The notes under the pieces are model-generated. The model was not told the origin of the DNA, searched no databases, and saw only the letters and a list, made by a program, of their open reading frames with translations. This document shows, one piece after another, positions 14,201-27,862 of a stretch of 64,000 nt of DNA. Positions within the stretch are counted from its first letter, which is position 1; the number at the start of each line of letters is the position of its first letter. Position numbers and translations under genes: made by a program. Location: assembly GCA_036172245.1 (NCBI GenBank), contig JAYWIR010000001.1, forward strand, positions 4,836,001 to 4,900,000, in the 5' to 3' direction. The DNA is from Raillietiella orientalis. Taxonomy: Eukaryota.

Positions 14201-15983
14201 GACGAGGCTAAAGAAGAGGGCGAAGGGGGAGGGGGAAGTGCAGCGTAAGTGCAGGATTTGCCTTAACAACGGCTCCGAGCAATCGCCCGACGGGAAGTGC
14301 GATCCGGGAATGTGCCTTCCACGAGTTTCATCCTGATGAAAGCGTTCCCGAGAGAGACGCGCGCTCGAATAAAAATTTCGGGAGGCCGATGCTGCAGAGT
14401 TGCTGGATCCAGGTGGAAAAACTTCCTGCGAATGGAAGTCCTGGAACCGCAAGTTTCTTCTTATGCGAGTGCTGTAAGGGAAGACAGGAAAGAGGAGCCG
14501 GAGGCCAAAGCAGCAGATCGAAAGGAATGCTAAAGAAGGTGAAATCGCTAGGAATAAAAAGTCCTAATGGGTTCGATGCTTTTGCAATCCTCAACGGATG
14601 GTCTCTGCGCGCTCCTTTCACTGCGCAGATGATTCTGCACTTGAAACTCCACCTAATATTCCATGATTCAGATCCTTGCCAGTACTGGAGCGAGAGCTCT
14701 TGAGTTTAAGAAGGTCAGCTCTCCCCACCATCTTACGACTGCCGGCCGCGAGATGGAAGGAAAACCTGGAAGGATTCCACATTGGTCTCGCGCGCCCAGA
14801 GACTTCGAAGCATCGGTGAATGTATGGCCACCCTCCAAGTTGTTCCCAAATCGTCGACGCAGCAACGCCACGACAGGAAAGGCAGCCGAACGTTTCTTGC
14901 AGTCCTTCCTTTCTGGCTCCTCTGTGCTTGTAAAGTTCAAAAGGAATCTCCACCACCTCCCGCACTGGAGTCCTGGGGGCAGGTAGCCGTTATCCTTGTC
15001 TGTCATTAGCGATGAGGAGTCCAGACAGCATCCAACGCGAGAAAAAACCAACGAGAGGTGGTAAGTAGATCTCGGGAAGCAAGAAGCGGGTGGAGCGGCC
15101 CACGTTCTCGAGTGCAGTGAGGTGCGGTCTTCGGTTCCCGCGGGTGGGCACGGGAGCGCTTCCTCCGCGCGCCCAGCTGGGCAGGCGATGCGGCCCAGCT
15201 GAGCAGAGTCTTTCAAAACGAGCGAACTTATCCTATCAGGCGATCCTCGCAAGAGTCTCTCGAGAGAGGCAGAAGTGGTCTCTCTTTTCCGAAAGCGTCT
15301 TCGATTGAGACGTGCCCTCGGGCGTTCTGTCATTTTCATCATTCTTGAAAAAGAAAGAAAGGAAATAATCGGATCCCCAAAATAGCTGCCTGCCATTTTT
15401 TATGCGTTCGTGTCGCATACGACTGACCTTACGATTCTGTAGCCACGGAATACATTTAATGACTCGTTGCATCACATTCGCCATCCAGAAGCACCGGATG
15501 CGTTGTTTCTCTTCAAAAATTCCTCCTGAGCCCTCATTGTACGAGAGCAAGGGGAAGCCCACGATCATTTTCTGCTTCTCGAATTTTGCCCTGCTGAACT
15601 CCGACGAAACACCGCCAGCCGCTTTCCTGCAACCTCTGGGCATCTTTTACAACTTTCGGAGCTAGAGAAAAGCAAAGATTCCATTCTTGGAAATGCATTG
15701 ATTGACGTTCCAAGGAGATCTGAATCCGAAGGCCACGATTACTGATTTAGAAACTCGAGAAAAACGAGCTGAGGTAGCAGCGTGCTGCAGCTGGGATGCC
15801 GTTCCCATGGAAACGAAAGGAAAAATCCAGGAGAGCCGTCCGAAATTCCCTGATTACTTGTGCGGCTGCATTCTTTGCATTTTTTTCATGAGGTCACAAA
15901 GGGAACAAACACACATGAGCCCTTCTCCGTGTTTTCTTGGTAGGGCAGTCAGCCAATCCGGAGAGGAATGATGCAGCTCGTAG

Positions 15984-17520
15984 AGCAGTGTGGCTTTTAT
16001 CAAGGCGGCGGCTGAGGTTCCTGAGATATTTTTGCTTGATCACCACCTAAAATTCGTCATCACATCATTTTCGCGCCGCTCTTCCAGTCAGTCCCGACAA
16101 AAATGGCACTCTTGCAGCAAGCGGAGAAAGCCAATGAGACTGCTGGGAGGAGGAGCTCAAAGGAAGAAAACGATTGCGCTACGGGAAGTTTATTGCTGGG
16201 TTCAGAGCGCGAGAAGCTTTTCTGGAAAAGAGGCATGCAAACTAATCCTCCGGAAAGCATCTGGATATGTATCAGATCAGCATCCCCGGTGATTTGCCGC
16301 GAGCGATAGAAACAATCCGATCCTCTGCGCTTATTAAATGGGTGCAAGCGAGGCAGGAGTAGGCAAGGGAACAAAAAGGCTCCTCTAACCGTTCCTTGTT
16401 TTCACGACAGGCTCACTTTTTGGGAACTGCTTGCTGAGAAACTAACCGAGTGCGAGAATACCTTCTCACCCTTGAGAAGAAGAAGAGTTCTGACAAGAAA
16501 AGAAAAAGGTCATTTGGCTGCCAAGTGATTGTTCTTAGCTGAAGAAAGCATTCCATGTTAAAAGCAGGCTTTACATGTCATCACGACATCAACATTCGTC
16601 ATCGTGCAAATCCAGCCTTGCTATTTCCCGTTTTGGATATTCGCACACATCATTTTGCTTCACACGCATGTGTAGAAACACGAAGACCATAACACCAGAG
16701 CACAACGAAACAGATGTACAGTGTTTCCCTTTTTCTTGGAGTGGTTTCAGGCATCGCTTGCAGATGCGTGTGTTTCCAGGGGACTTGCACTTACCACGAA
16801 GGATGAAGAACTCCCTCCCTGTAGCAACGCTTTCCACTAGGAAGCGTACTCACTCGAGCATTCATGAAAACGACTGCAATATCTCGAACTGCCTATGGAA
16901 ACCTTCCGCAGGAAGGCGAAAACAACTTCGTGGAATCCAACTTTCCTTCTGGAACGGCTCAGTATGACCGAACCGAAAGCAACGAGCGAGAAGTCAGTGC
17001 ACGAACGAAGGAAACTGAAAGCACGTCCATTGGCCAGCCACAGATGAGGATGTTAGGCAAAGGTCAGCCTATCTCCAGGTACTGACCTCCCAGTGTTTCC
17101 ATTTACTAGATTCTAGCTCACTGCTTTTTCTTTTTTTTGTGCGTCACTTCGCTTATAGGTATGCCTGTGGCGATCCTCAAAAATATGCTTGCCCATGGAT
17201 CAGCAAGAGTAAGATTCCCGATACGATTCTTGTATCTTCATCTCAGAAGGGAAGCACCGCATCGATCACCACCCCTTTATTTATGTGTCTTCTAAGAATG
17301 CGAGCTATCGCCCTCTCTTCGAAAAGCACACGAAGCTTCAGATGGCCGCTATTGAGAGGGTCGGATCTGCGGACGTTTCCCGAAGATTTCCGGAGTCCGT
17401 CGAAAACTCTGGGTAAATACCTTCCCTCGGTGTACACCGACTGGATGTGCGCTTTCTGACCGTCACGTATTTTTTTTACCCTGGATGCTCTGGCTCCCAT
17501 GCTTGAGCGGAAGGAAACTG
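15984..17520 (+). pseudogene. Candidate decayed Dbf4/ASK/Chiffon-like locus (motif N-like, motif M-like, eroded zinc finger)
   Basis: AG/GT-bounded open segment 17247-17412 encodes HPFIYVSSKNASYRPLF, matching the spacing of Dbf4 motif M (P-F-V-x-V-x6-Y-R-P-F). A phase-compatible open segment lies at 16825-17062. 15984-16210 reads IKAAAEVPEIFLLDHHLKFVITS...KTIALREVYCWVQ (motif N/BRCT-like). The Cys/His ligands at 17433-17520 are not intact. Alignment is from memory and individually weak. Confidence 0.3.
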
Positions 17521-20500
17521 CAATGTTTCATTTCATGTGATGATAGATCGCTAGACCACGGCGGGAATCAGAGAACTGCTTATGCCGCAGATTTTCCCGT
17601 TTTCGTGTAAGGATGAATAGCAAAACCGATCACATGCTTCTGACAATTTAAACCATTCATTTTGATAAAGGAGAGCAAATCATCCAGCGCTGCCATCAGA
17701 GAAACATATGAAGATTACTTGCAACTGTATCCTGGGATCGTTTCTCCGCGAAGTCTAGCATTCTCCCAGAAAATGGGAAGCGCCAGTCGATGGAGCTGCA
17801 TCTTTGCATATTCATCTGAAAAACATAAATGGCTACTCAGTGGATGAATTAACGAATTCGGACTTTTCAAATCAGCTCACCTGTTGAATTACTAGAAAAT
17901 CAAAGAGCCTTACGCAGCTTCACGAAGAACAGAGTCATATTCTTTACACGGAATTTAATAAACCCGTAGTCTTTATTAATAGTAATTTCACGTTAGGAAA
18001 ACGTATTCTCCGAAACAGTAGTAGTGGCTTTTGCAGAAGTAAACTGAGATTCTACATTAATGGCGAATGAGGCATAGAACGGGATTATTTACCGATCTTA
18101 GGAAACAGCTGGTCTTCGGGACGTTGTTCTCTAACGTGGTACGCACATACGCAAAGCAAAGGTGTTCTCCCACCGAAGTGGTCAATCCACGCTCAGGCAG
18201 AAGGACTTTCCATTCATAAAGTTAATTGTCCAGATCTTGACCTTTTATCCCTCTGTGCTCTCGCATCCATGCGTATTTCTTTGCGAATTGGTGAAACATC
18301 TCAGCCATAGCTAAACTGCCCGCAATGGTTTCTTTAGCCCACGAGATTTACGATATGATACACAGGTGAATCTGCCTTCCTTGGGAAGACCATGAAATTT
18401 ACAAAAAGAATAAATTTTATCTGTTTCTTTTCCAAGGGTTTTGAAGCACTGTGAAGTTGGTATCTGCAGTCTCCGATCAGCTTACGAAAAGATGGAGCTG
18501 CTTCCAAGAAATCCTGTGCTCTTGTTGGTGGAGCGAAATGAGGCATAGCATAAGAGAGCACTGAAAGCGATTGAGGTCTCCCCCGGAGATTATTCCATGA
18601 TAAACTCGAGACACCAAATAGGGCAATTACTATGGTAACGAAAGATGGTTTTCCGGATTTTTTGAAATGATCCTCTTGCAGGTGGATGTTGCGATTTTTC
18701 GTTTTCCTTTGCTTGATGTATGTAGAGGTAAATCAAGCTGGCTGTTACATAGTGTAACCACATCTGAGATGACATCCTTTGTCTTTCTTTGAATCATGTT
18801 ATTCAAGTAAAAGAACTGAACTGCGAGAGGTCTGATAAAATAGTAAGGAAGCAAGAATGACTCCCAAGCTATGAGTAGGCCATTCTCTATTATCCGTTGC
18901 AACGTTTTCATAGGCAAAAAATAACGGTAGTCATGGAAACCGCATGTTCTGCAACACCCCAAAAGGCATTGCTTGAGAATGCTACTTCGAGTCTCGGTGG
19001 GATAAGCAAATGAATTCTCCAGCTGACTTTTTTCCACTTGAAATGAATCCTCGAGAATTTCTGGGGCAGAAGATCTCTGCAGCTGCAAGGGACAGTTGAG
19101 AGCAAGGTGAGCAGCATCTCTTTCAAAGCTACAGTGACTGCTAATTTGCACTCAAGAGCTCTGCTCTCGTAAGCCGGTCGTGTCAAAGTTCGGTGTTCCG
19201 GCCTGCGTCAGTAACTCACCGTGTTAGCAGTTTCCCTCAAACTTGGCAACCAAGATTCTGGCCTTTAACCTGCTAACTCAGATCAGGTCTGACGTTTTGA
19301 CAAGAGCGCTGTTCATCGCGATGGAGGTCACGAGATTGGAGGCGAAGAACTAACAGGTTTTTTGTCTCCAGTTTCACGAATAAGTAGTCGTCTCTGTTTC
19401 CGAGAGATGCTCTCTAGAAGAAATTTTTCAAGTCTAAGACTTTCCTTACATGGAGACCCCGTCTCGGGGACTGCAGCAAGTGCTGTAGTTCCCGAGAGTT
19501 GCGGGATGAGAGGAACTGGATTGCCGTGCAGCGTAGGATTTTGCTCACTGGAACAGGGTTGCGCGTTTCAGCACAATGGAAAGATCCATGGAATCAAGTG
19601 CTCTGTCTTCCAAGTATCTATCATCAGTGGGCATTCACAAATCCGTGAATGGAATTTCTGGAATCCTAGATTTACGCAGCGGGCACTCTGGACTTTCCTG
19701 TTCGTCTTCTGTTTGTGCGGATCCGAATCAAAGCACGCCCCGCATACGGGTTTCACCTATCGTAGGTAACATTGGTCGATTTTCTCCGTGAACATGGTGG
19801 AGGTTGGATTCCACTTAGAAGGAGGTTTCCCAAGGTCCGTGACAATGTTCCTTCCTGTCTGCGCACAGAGAACCAAAATTTTTCAACATGGAAATCATTT
19901 TTTCATCTTGAAAGAGAGCAGATGTACAGCCGCTGTGATTCACTTGGATTTTGATGGGGGAAGCAAACTTTTCAAGCCTGTGCAGCAAATCCCAGACCGC
20001 ATGTCGTGATCGTTGCATCACTCGGTGGTATCATTTCTTGCCAAAACAGTTTCGCAGATTTCGGGGAATTGACTTCCCATGACCTTGGAGAGCAGTGAAC
20101 TCGGCGGGCACGAGAACGGAGTCCACTGCACGTGGACTCTGTTCTTCACGGGTATGAAAAGCATCTTTTCGTTACTTGAGCTGATGAATGTTTGGGCAGA
20201 GGCGCGGAAACCATCTTGGATGTTGCTTTGTGGAAAGATGTGAAGTGGATGAAATCCTAAGTGAAATCTGCGTTCCTGTACCATCCAAGAGCCTTGACGC
20301 CAGCAGCCGTCCCGTATGCTGTGCCTGAGTTGTGCTCTCTAAGTGTTATGGAATCGTTTTACTTTTTCCTTGATTCTCCAGCTCATCCGAGCCGCATCTT
20401 CTGCTATTCCTCTGCTCATCTGAGCCACATCTGAAGGAGTTCAGCGAGTGTAGTGCTCATTACTATGATCGTTCATTGCTTTTCCAAGATCTCTGTTTCG

Positions 20501-23500
20501 GAACATAAGAGTAATTTTCAATATTTGCGTGATATATTTTGCTGTCTGAATAGATGGATTGAAACTTACAGTGGCTGCTAAGCAGTCTTTTCCCAAGCTG
20601 AGCGCAATCGCCTGCTTTTCTTCATTCAATGCTTGTCTTGCAAAGTGCCACCGTTTCAAGCTTTAATTAAGACTTTGGAATTTTCGTCTTTGATGCTCAT
20701 TTGCTCTTGACAATTCTTTTGAATTTGCTTTTCCCACTCTCTGAGTAATTCTGAAATCCAGAAAGCCAGGACCTCGGGGCGAGAGACGCTTTCATATTTT
20801 AAACTGCAACTGTTTTTGACTGTGGTAAGATTTCCTCTCTCCTATCTTCTCCATCAAATACCCCCCAGCCCCTGGAGGACAAAATAATTGGTATACTCCG
20901 CGAACTTCTCAGTGATTAGTTTTTTTCCCACTTACCGTACATTGCCAAAGAGTCAGACTTCTTGCTACTTTGTTCAAGGATTTGCTTTTTATCATTCTGT
21001 CAAGAAGTTGACTTCCTAATCTTTCGCCTTCGGTGTTATGTGCCTTGACTTCTATGCGGAAACTATGGCTGGAGCTACTGCCGGAGTGTACTGAATTACA
21101 TACTTTCTATGGAAAAGAGGATATAAACCTATAACACTGAACTGGGCGTTTCCAGCCCTGTGTTTCATGCAAACCAATCCTTTAATATGCTTCCCGGGGA
21201 ATTTGATGAATTTAAGATGGTCCGGTTGTAGAATCCAAAATTTCTTTTTCCTGGAACATGCTTGCGGTGAGCATCATCGTGCCGGAGGATGCGATATTTT
21301 TGCCATTCTTTGTGTAGACAGTATATCTTTAAGTATACACATGCGTGTACAAATAGATGTAGAAGTGGAAAACTTATACTCTACTCTGAAGTCTGTTGTT
21401 AGCATAGATTTATTGCTCGAATTTACAGATGACGAGCAAAGGTGGCCAAATGAGTCATCTCACCATTCACACGGTTTCCTCCTTGCGAATGGATCGAAAC
21501 TGATGCAGCTCGGGTCCAGTGCGACATGGGCTTTCCCCAGTAGCTGGCGCACTTGAGCACTGCCTGGAAAGTTTGACCCGGAGTGACCATTCCTTCCTAG
21601 ATCCCCAAGAACGGAAGTGTTCACCCGAAAACCTCTCGAAGCTGCAGTGGTTCCCAGAGAGGAATTCAAACTTGATGCCTGAGTATTTGATCTGCTCAGA
21701 ATACTCTTTGTCAAACAGGGCTTTTGCTGGATACGGGATGTAGCTGGCTCTGCAAAGCCTCGATCGAGTCAGCTCCCGAAAACAAACAACCATATCGTCA
21801 GCTGAATTTCAGGACTCTCTCAATCGTTCGATCTTGAATGAATACATAACACCTCCAAATGTTTCTCAAGGCTAGATGAAGGTATTACAAATGGGTATTT
21901 CACAACTGTATGCTTACCATGCATCCTCGATATTTATTTCGAATTTTCTACTCTGGTTGCTTAAAATTCTGCTTCAAGAGTCGAGTTTAACCGAGCAGAC
22001 GCTCTGGTTCCTAGGAAGGAATTTCCTCCCGTCTTTTCTCACCACTGCTTTCAGTTTTCAAGACTGTTAGGTTTCCATGGATACGAAGTTTCCGGTAAAA
22101 ATAGTAGCCATCTATGGAAAACTGATGAGGCTGTCCTAAAGCTAAAAGCGCCTGCAAAGGCTTTGAATGAAGTCGATGGCAATGCCATAAGAGTTTTAGC
22201 AATTTGATGCAGGGTCCTCAGCATATGAGCCATCATCTTGGAATTCTGTGAACTTTATTGTAGCCTTATGTATTTGACCATTTTTTACCTGTTCAACTGT
22301 TCCCATGCTTATCTCATGCTCACCGTAAGTTCTCTTTTAGAATCCCTGCTGAGACCTTTTCGCATCGAAGGTGTGTGGCACTGTAATCGTCTCTACTCAT
22401 AAGAAGCACCATGAAAAAAACTCGACTGTTTATTCAAGATTTAGCCATTTTTATGGCAGCGTGCCACTTCCCGCAATGGTGCTATGAAGAAGAAAGCAGT
22501 TTGCCGCCATGAAGAGCAACAGAAAACTGGTTCTTCCTATTGATCCAGATCCATCTGCCAATGCATTCCCTTCCCTACTAATTAGGCGGCTTCGTCACTC
22601 CTAGCGACAAATTTTCTTTTTCACATCTTCGAACGGTAAAGTTTGGTCCACGCGGACATTTTGTAGGCAGCAGGGTAGATGCGAAATACCAGCCGCGGGT
22701 TTAGAGATCTACTTCAGCTGCCTCTGTGAATGAGAAGTCTCGCCGCCGAATGTCTTGCATAAACAGAAAATGAGAAATTTCGAGCTTTTTTCCGCCATCC
22801 ACCTCGTCACGAATGTGCCGAATTCTTAGCAGCGTCAGCGAATTCGTACTTGCACATCAGCAAACACGAACCGCTGTTACAAACACTTGACAGACTCACT
22901 AGTCACAAGTCTTCTTCCACATCAGCCTTGCTGATTTCCTTCGGCAAGGGACCCCGTCAAGGTGAGGAAGGTTCCCGTTTCACCCTCTTCTCTGCCTCCT
23001 CCGAGAATGCATTTCCTTCGGGTTCCGTGCATCTGATCTTTGCTCACGCTGTCTATGCCGTCCGGATGTGCTGCAATTCAAGTGCTTCATGATGAAATGA
23101 TTTTTGGACCAGACAGGAGGTGAGAAGAGATTCTCACGGTGCTCAAGAAGTGCTTTTCGTATCTGCTCGCCAATAAATCGTATGAACCAACCGTTCACTT
23201 ATCTTGCTGAGGACACCTGAACTTTCTTCTTTCAAGGCTGGTTGGTGTTCGCAGATGTGGCTTGGATACTTCAACCACTTTGGAGTTTCGCCTATTAGCA
23301 ATAATCACATTTTCGTGCTTTAATTGCTATTTGTACTTCTCGCTTCACCACTCTTTGTGAAATGATTACATGCTTCCCTTATGACCAATAAAATGCTTGA
23401 AAGCAGTGAATTCTAGCAGATTGGACTCCCTGAAGACTTCCGGTGCCAGAATGAAAAAGTCTGAACTTTAAGGAGTCGGACAGGAAGATGTCATTAATGA

Positions 23501-26500
23501 CTATGCTGTTTCCTCACAGTGTTGCCCTGTTTCTTTGGAAGTCATCAATTCGGAGAAGAGCCGTTATTGTGAGATGGGTCAAACGAACTATCGCAGCACG
23601 TTAGCAGCTGGGGTTGGGAGAATCAACGAAAATTGCGTTCATAAAAAATCAAATTTCCTTTTTTTTTATTTAATGTGGCACTGCTAAAGAATGTACAAAG
23701 AAAGCAAGACATGTTTTTTTCTCTCTTCATCACTCATGCGTTCTCAACGGATGCTTGCTAGCAAATGGCCAAGCACCACTGCTCCAGCATTGCTCCCTTG
23801 AATTGTCTTCAATTTGGAGCTGTATGTATGCTTTCGTTTTTGAGTGAAGCGCACGAATACCAATATTGGGATACAATCGTCCTCTCTAAATCTCTCTCTC
23901 TCTTTTGCAAGACCTTCCAAACGACCGCTATCCTATTTGGAATTTGCCTTTCTGAGTGGTATCTTCTAAACCAATGCTTTCATTATATTCTGTGTACTCT
24001 GATAAATGATGGTACTATTGATAATAATAACAATAACAGTAAGAACCAACGATGATGATTGATTTCAGAAACTTATACTGCTTTATGACGAGAAAATTCA
24101 CATATCGCAAAAGTAAAACAAGTAGATCGGATGCTGAGAGATGAGAATGAACTTGTGGATGCCGTGGAGATGCTATCGGCTCCTCAGCCAAAGCAAGTGC
24201 GAGTTCACTGAAAGTCAATATCAACTGGTATAGGTCCTCAACCCGTGGCTGAAGGCTACGGTATGCTTCTCATGTGCTAAGCGATGTTTCAGAAGACGAA
24301 AACCCAGTTCTGTTACAAAGCCCTCAAGAATAAACTGATGCAAGAAGCGCTCCCGGCAGGAATTTTATCGGAGCAGTCGTTTCCCGTCTGGAGGAGACGT
24401 TGAGTTCGTACTAAACAAGGAATGCACTCTGACTAACCTCAGCATGGATAAAGAACATGGTGGCTGTAGCGTTTTTCTGAGTAAGAAAGCGTTCGGAGCA
24501 AAGAAGTTATAAGGAAGAACACGGTGGGAGGACCACAAATCTTTCAGAGTTGATGTTAGGAACACTCCTGATGCTGCAGCAGATCTGATTTATTCCTGCT
24601 TATTAGCGCCAGCTGTTACAGTTCCTTCAAAGCACATGGAAGAGATTTCTCAAGCGAATTCAAAAGCACGAGAAAGAAGGGATCCTCTAGTCTTTCAAGA
24701 GGTTCCCTGTCTCAGTTGTGGGTGCAGAATAAAATGCAGCACGGAAGGAAGAAGAAGTGCAAATGATGACCACAGCAGGCACACCGAACCAAAGCCTGTC
24801 ATTAATTGAAGCTCCCGGCTGGAGCACAGATCTCACATTTGCTTTCGGGTTGGTAGTCTTCCCAAGATAGCCTCAATGCTAGAGAGACTCCGCAGGCGAA
24901 TCTTAAGAAAGATTTTGGCGTGTGGCTGAGAATGAACTGCACCCAACGCTTTCAGCAGCACGGAGCACCATCACGTCTGATGTGTTTCTTGGATAGGCCT
25001 CTGCCACAAGAAAGACAGCAACAGGACCATAAAGATTCGAAGCGACGGTTCGTAATTCGTGTTTTGTTTTCATTCAAACACTTTCCTGTAGACAATAAAG
25101 CGCGCATACGAAGGCCACAGATGCAGCAAACTTGCGAAACTTCCTACGAAGTGCTTGCAAGAGGAAGCTTCTAAGCAACAAATTACAAAGAACTCAGTTT
25201 GTTCTCTCACATCTCAAGAGTTGCTACTTTTGCAACAAAAATGGCAATTACGTATTCAGAGTTCCACCATCATCCTCATCAGACATAAATTCCAGAGTGC
25301 TCCTTTCCAAAGTTCTCTTCGTTCTTCGTTCCCTTTCTTACAGCATGGAGTTCCCTTCTTCAGTGTGTCGCAGACCTGAGATTTCATTGACTGCGATCAT
25401 CACGGCTCAAACGCACTATCTTCCATTCCTCTCAGTCTTCTAATGGAATTCGCATGCCTGTGGTGTTGTTTTCACGGAATCTCTGGACTTCACGAGGCGT
25501 GTAAACTTTCTTTACCGGGATCCAAAAGCTTTCTGCAAGCCGGCATTCCGTTGCCAAGGGTAATCTTAAGATGAAGCTTCCATGGCCGGAACCTGCTTGC
25601 AAGACGATCCCTTTTCTTGAAACCGGCAGCATTTTCGTTTGCCTGGTGGGTGCTACCTGAGAACTGGCGGAGATCTGCTTGCAAAATGGCTCCATTTGGA
25701 GGACTGAACCCCATGCACCATTTCTGCTTATGCACCGGGCACGTCCACAGTTCGTCTCATCTGCTGGATACGTCGAGATGGGCAACTGCCCGGATGAATT
25801 CACAGAGTGGTTAATGAAGGATGCGCTTTGATTTGGGTTTTGTCGCTCTGGAGCTTTCGTTTGCCGGACGTTGCAGTAGGCACCCATAGCTTTTTCCATC
25901 TAAAACTTGCTAATCGCTACCTTGCAGTGCTCTTTTTCAGGGACCTCTTGAGCCGCGACAGCTGATCACTGCTCTTCGACGATGCACAGTTCCTCCAACC
26001 TGTGCAACTTAAACTTCAGCTCTGCGAGGCAGGAATGAAATGTATGCTTCCACTGCTTTGGTCCTCGAAGGCTGAGCGCAAAAGGGTGTCTCCGGGTGCG
26101 CGGAGGTTCGAAGACTTCTTAAGGATTAAACGGCTCCGACGGGAGAGGTGGATCCCGAAACCACGTCGAAATGCATTATAACGCCGCGTTTGAGACTTCC
26201 GGAAATTTGCAACGGTGGTTTTTGTAGAAGCATGCGAAGAATTCGTAAACACTTTACAGGAAAGGGATGAGGTCATTTGTGACTTCTGCCATCAGAAATT
26301 TCTCAAGGAATTTCACCTGCGAGCCGCGCAGTTTTTTTTTCTTCGATGATGAAATACTGAGCGCTGATGTTGTTTTTGTGTGTGTTTTGGCAATTACGTA
26401 TCAAAGAGCATCGAAAAATCGCAACTGCACGAGCTGCAAGAGTTTGTAGGGAAACTGCGAGTTCTCTGACATGAGTCACGCACGGATATTATCGCGAAAA

Positions 26501-27149
26501 CAGCCTCATGATCTTCGCTCAATGCCTCCCCAAGAATCTCATGCCTTAATGTACTCTCAGTGAGAAAACACGCCGTAATTTTTCCAGAAGGATGTTTAGG
26601 AGATGGGGCGCGTGGCTTCCAGTTTGAAGGCTGGAAACCGGCGCGAAAGAATTCCAAATGAGATGCACGCTTTCTTCTTCTTCTTCTTCGCCAGCATCCA
26701 CACATTTTTGATCAGATCCGCAGTTTGCGTCATTTGAAGTGACCGTTTCGCAAATCGGGCAAAGGTCCGAGTGGATGCGCATCCGTTCGTGGACACGCTT
26801 TTCAAGTCTCTGAGACTTCCAATGTCTGCCTGCTGGGATGCATGGGAGCACTCGCCGACATCGCCGACCTGCCTGCCTACTTCTCGTTCCTCCCAACTAA
26901 ATGTCGTAATGGGAGATAAACGATGGGGACTCCGAGAAAAGTCAGCTCCGCTCCGCAAATTCCTGCGGAAGGTGGGATGCTCGGACCGCCAGCAAACGAT
27001 AAGGAGAACAGATCATTCGAAGCAGAAGTCCGCTCACGAACCTCTGCTTGAGAGTACAGAACAGGGAAATTTCTTGTGTTGTACTTTGTGCAGTGTCCAT
27101 TTGATTATCGAAGCTTACTAGTCTAAAGAGTAGGAGTTCCTTTCTACCC

Positions 27150-27862
27150 CTTAGGGGGGCGGTCCCGAAGCTCTTTAGCACTGCCACGCCACCAGAGGGT
27201 GCGCGTAACTCTTCAAGTTAGAGGAGGTATCCCTGGAGGAGACTACCCTATGAATCCGGGAAGGCACTGGGAGGAAGGAGTCCGTTCTTTTCTTACCCTT
27301 GGGAGGGAAACCTCGAAGGGATCCTCTTCCTTAGCCTCTCCGGAGAGACCCGCCAGAGGGGAATACTCCTGGTTTCTTCCCTGGAGGGAACCCGAAAAGG
27401 ATTTGTTCTTGAAATTTCTTCTCCGGAGGGCAACCGCAAGGGAAACGGTCTCTGTTACTCCTCCTCTGAAGAGGGACCTTGAAGGGACGCTTCCAAATTT
27501 CTGTGAAGGGCGCTCCCCGAAGAGAGCACGCGCTTCTTCACACTCTGGAGAAGCGGTCCCCCGAGGGAGGTATCCACCAGCTCCGTGGAAGGGCTCCATT
27601 TTCACAACCGCAGGGGAATCCCGAAGGATTCCTTGCTTCTGGAAGGACCCTGGAGAGCCAACTTACAATCCGGGTCAGTCAATGGATGCATCCGGGGGCT
27701 TCCAGCTTCCACCAGTGCCGCACCCGAAGCCTTCAGGCCAGCCAGCATCGTCCTACGGGGGGACTCAAAACCCCGGCTCCTGGCATCGATCCTTTCCCTT
27801 GCGGGATTCGAACCCGCGAGGCTCTGTGCCACATGCGGAGGCCGTAGCCTCACGGCCGCCAA
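27150..27862 (-). mobile_element. tRNA-derived SINE family A, near full-length copy
   Basis: Minus-strand head gccgtgaggctacggcctccgcatgtggcacagagcctcgcgggttcgaatccc; collinear with 10566-11285 and 48305-48765. Confidence 0.9.

Noticed and set aside
19450..20021. Long frames broken by occasional stops (also 39184-39830, 45140-45607, 62224-62990), suggesting stop readthrough or an alternative code
   Set aside because: All three stop types occur and no homology anchors the frames; chance or decay explains them.
22122..22148. CTGATGAG followed by a short stem, as a hammerhead ribozyme
   Set aside because: The required GAAA after stem II and the flanking stems are absent.
27795..27862. Functional tRNA gene (also at 10570-10625 and 48705-48765)
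   Set aside because: Only the T-arm/B-box is good; there is no complete cloverleaf, and each is fused to the SINE body.
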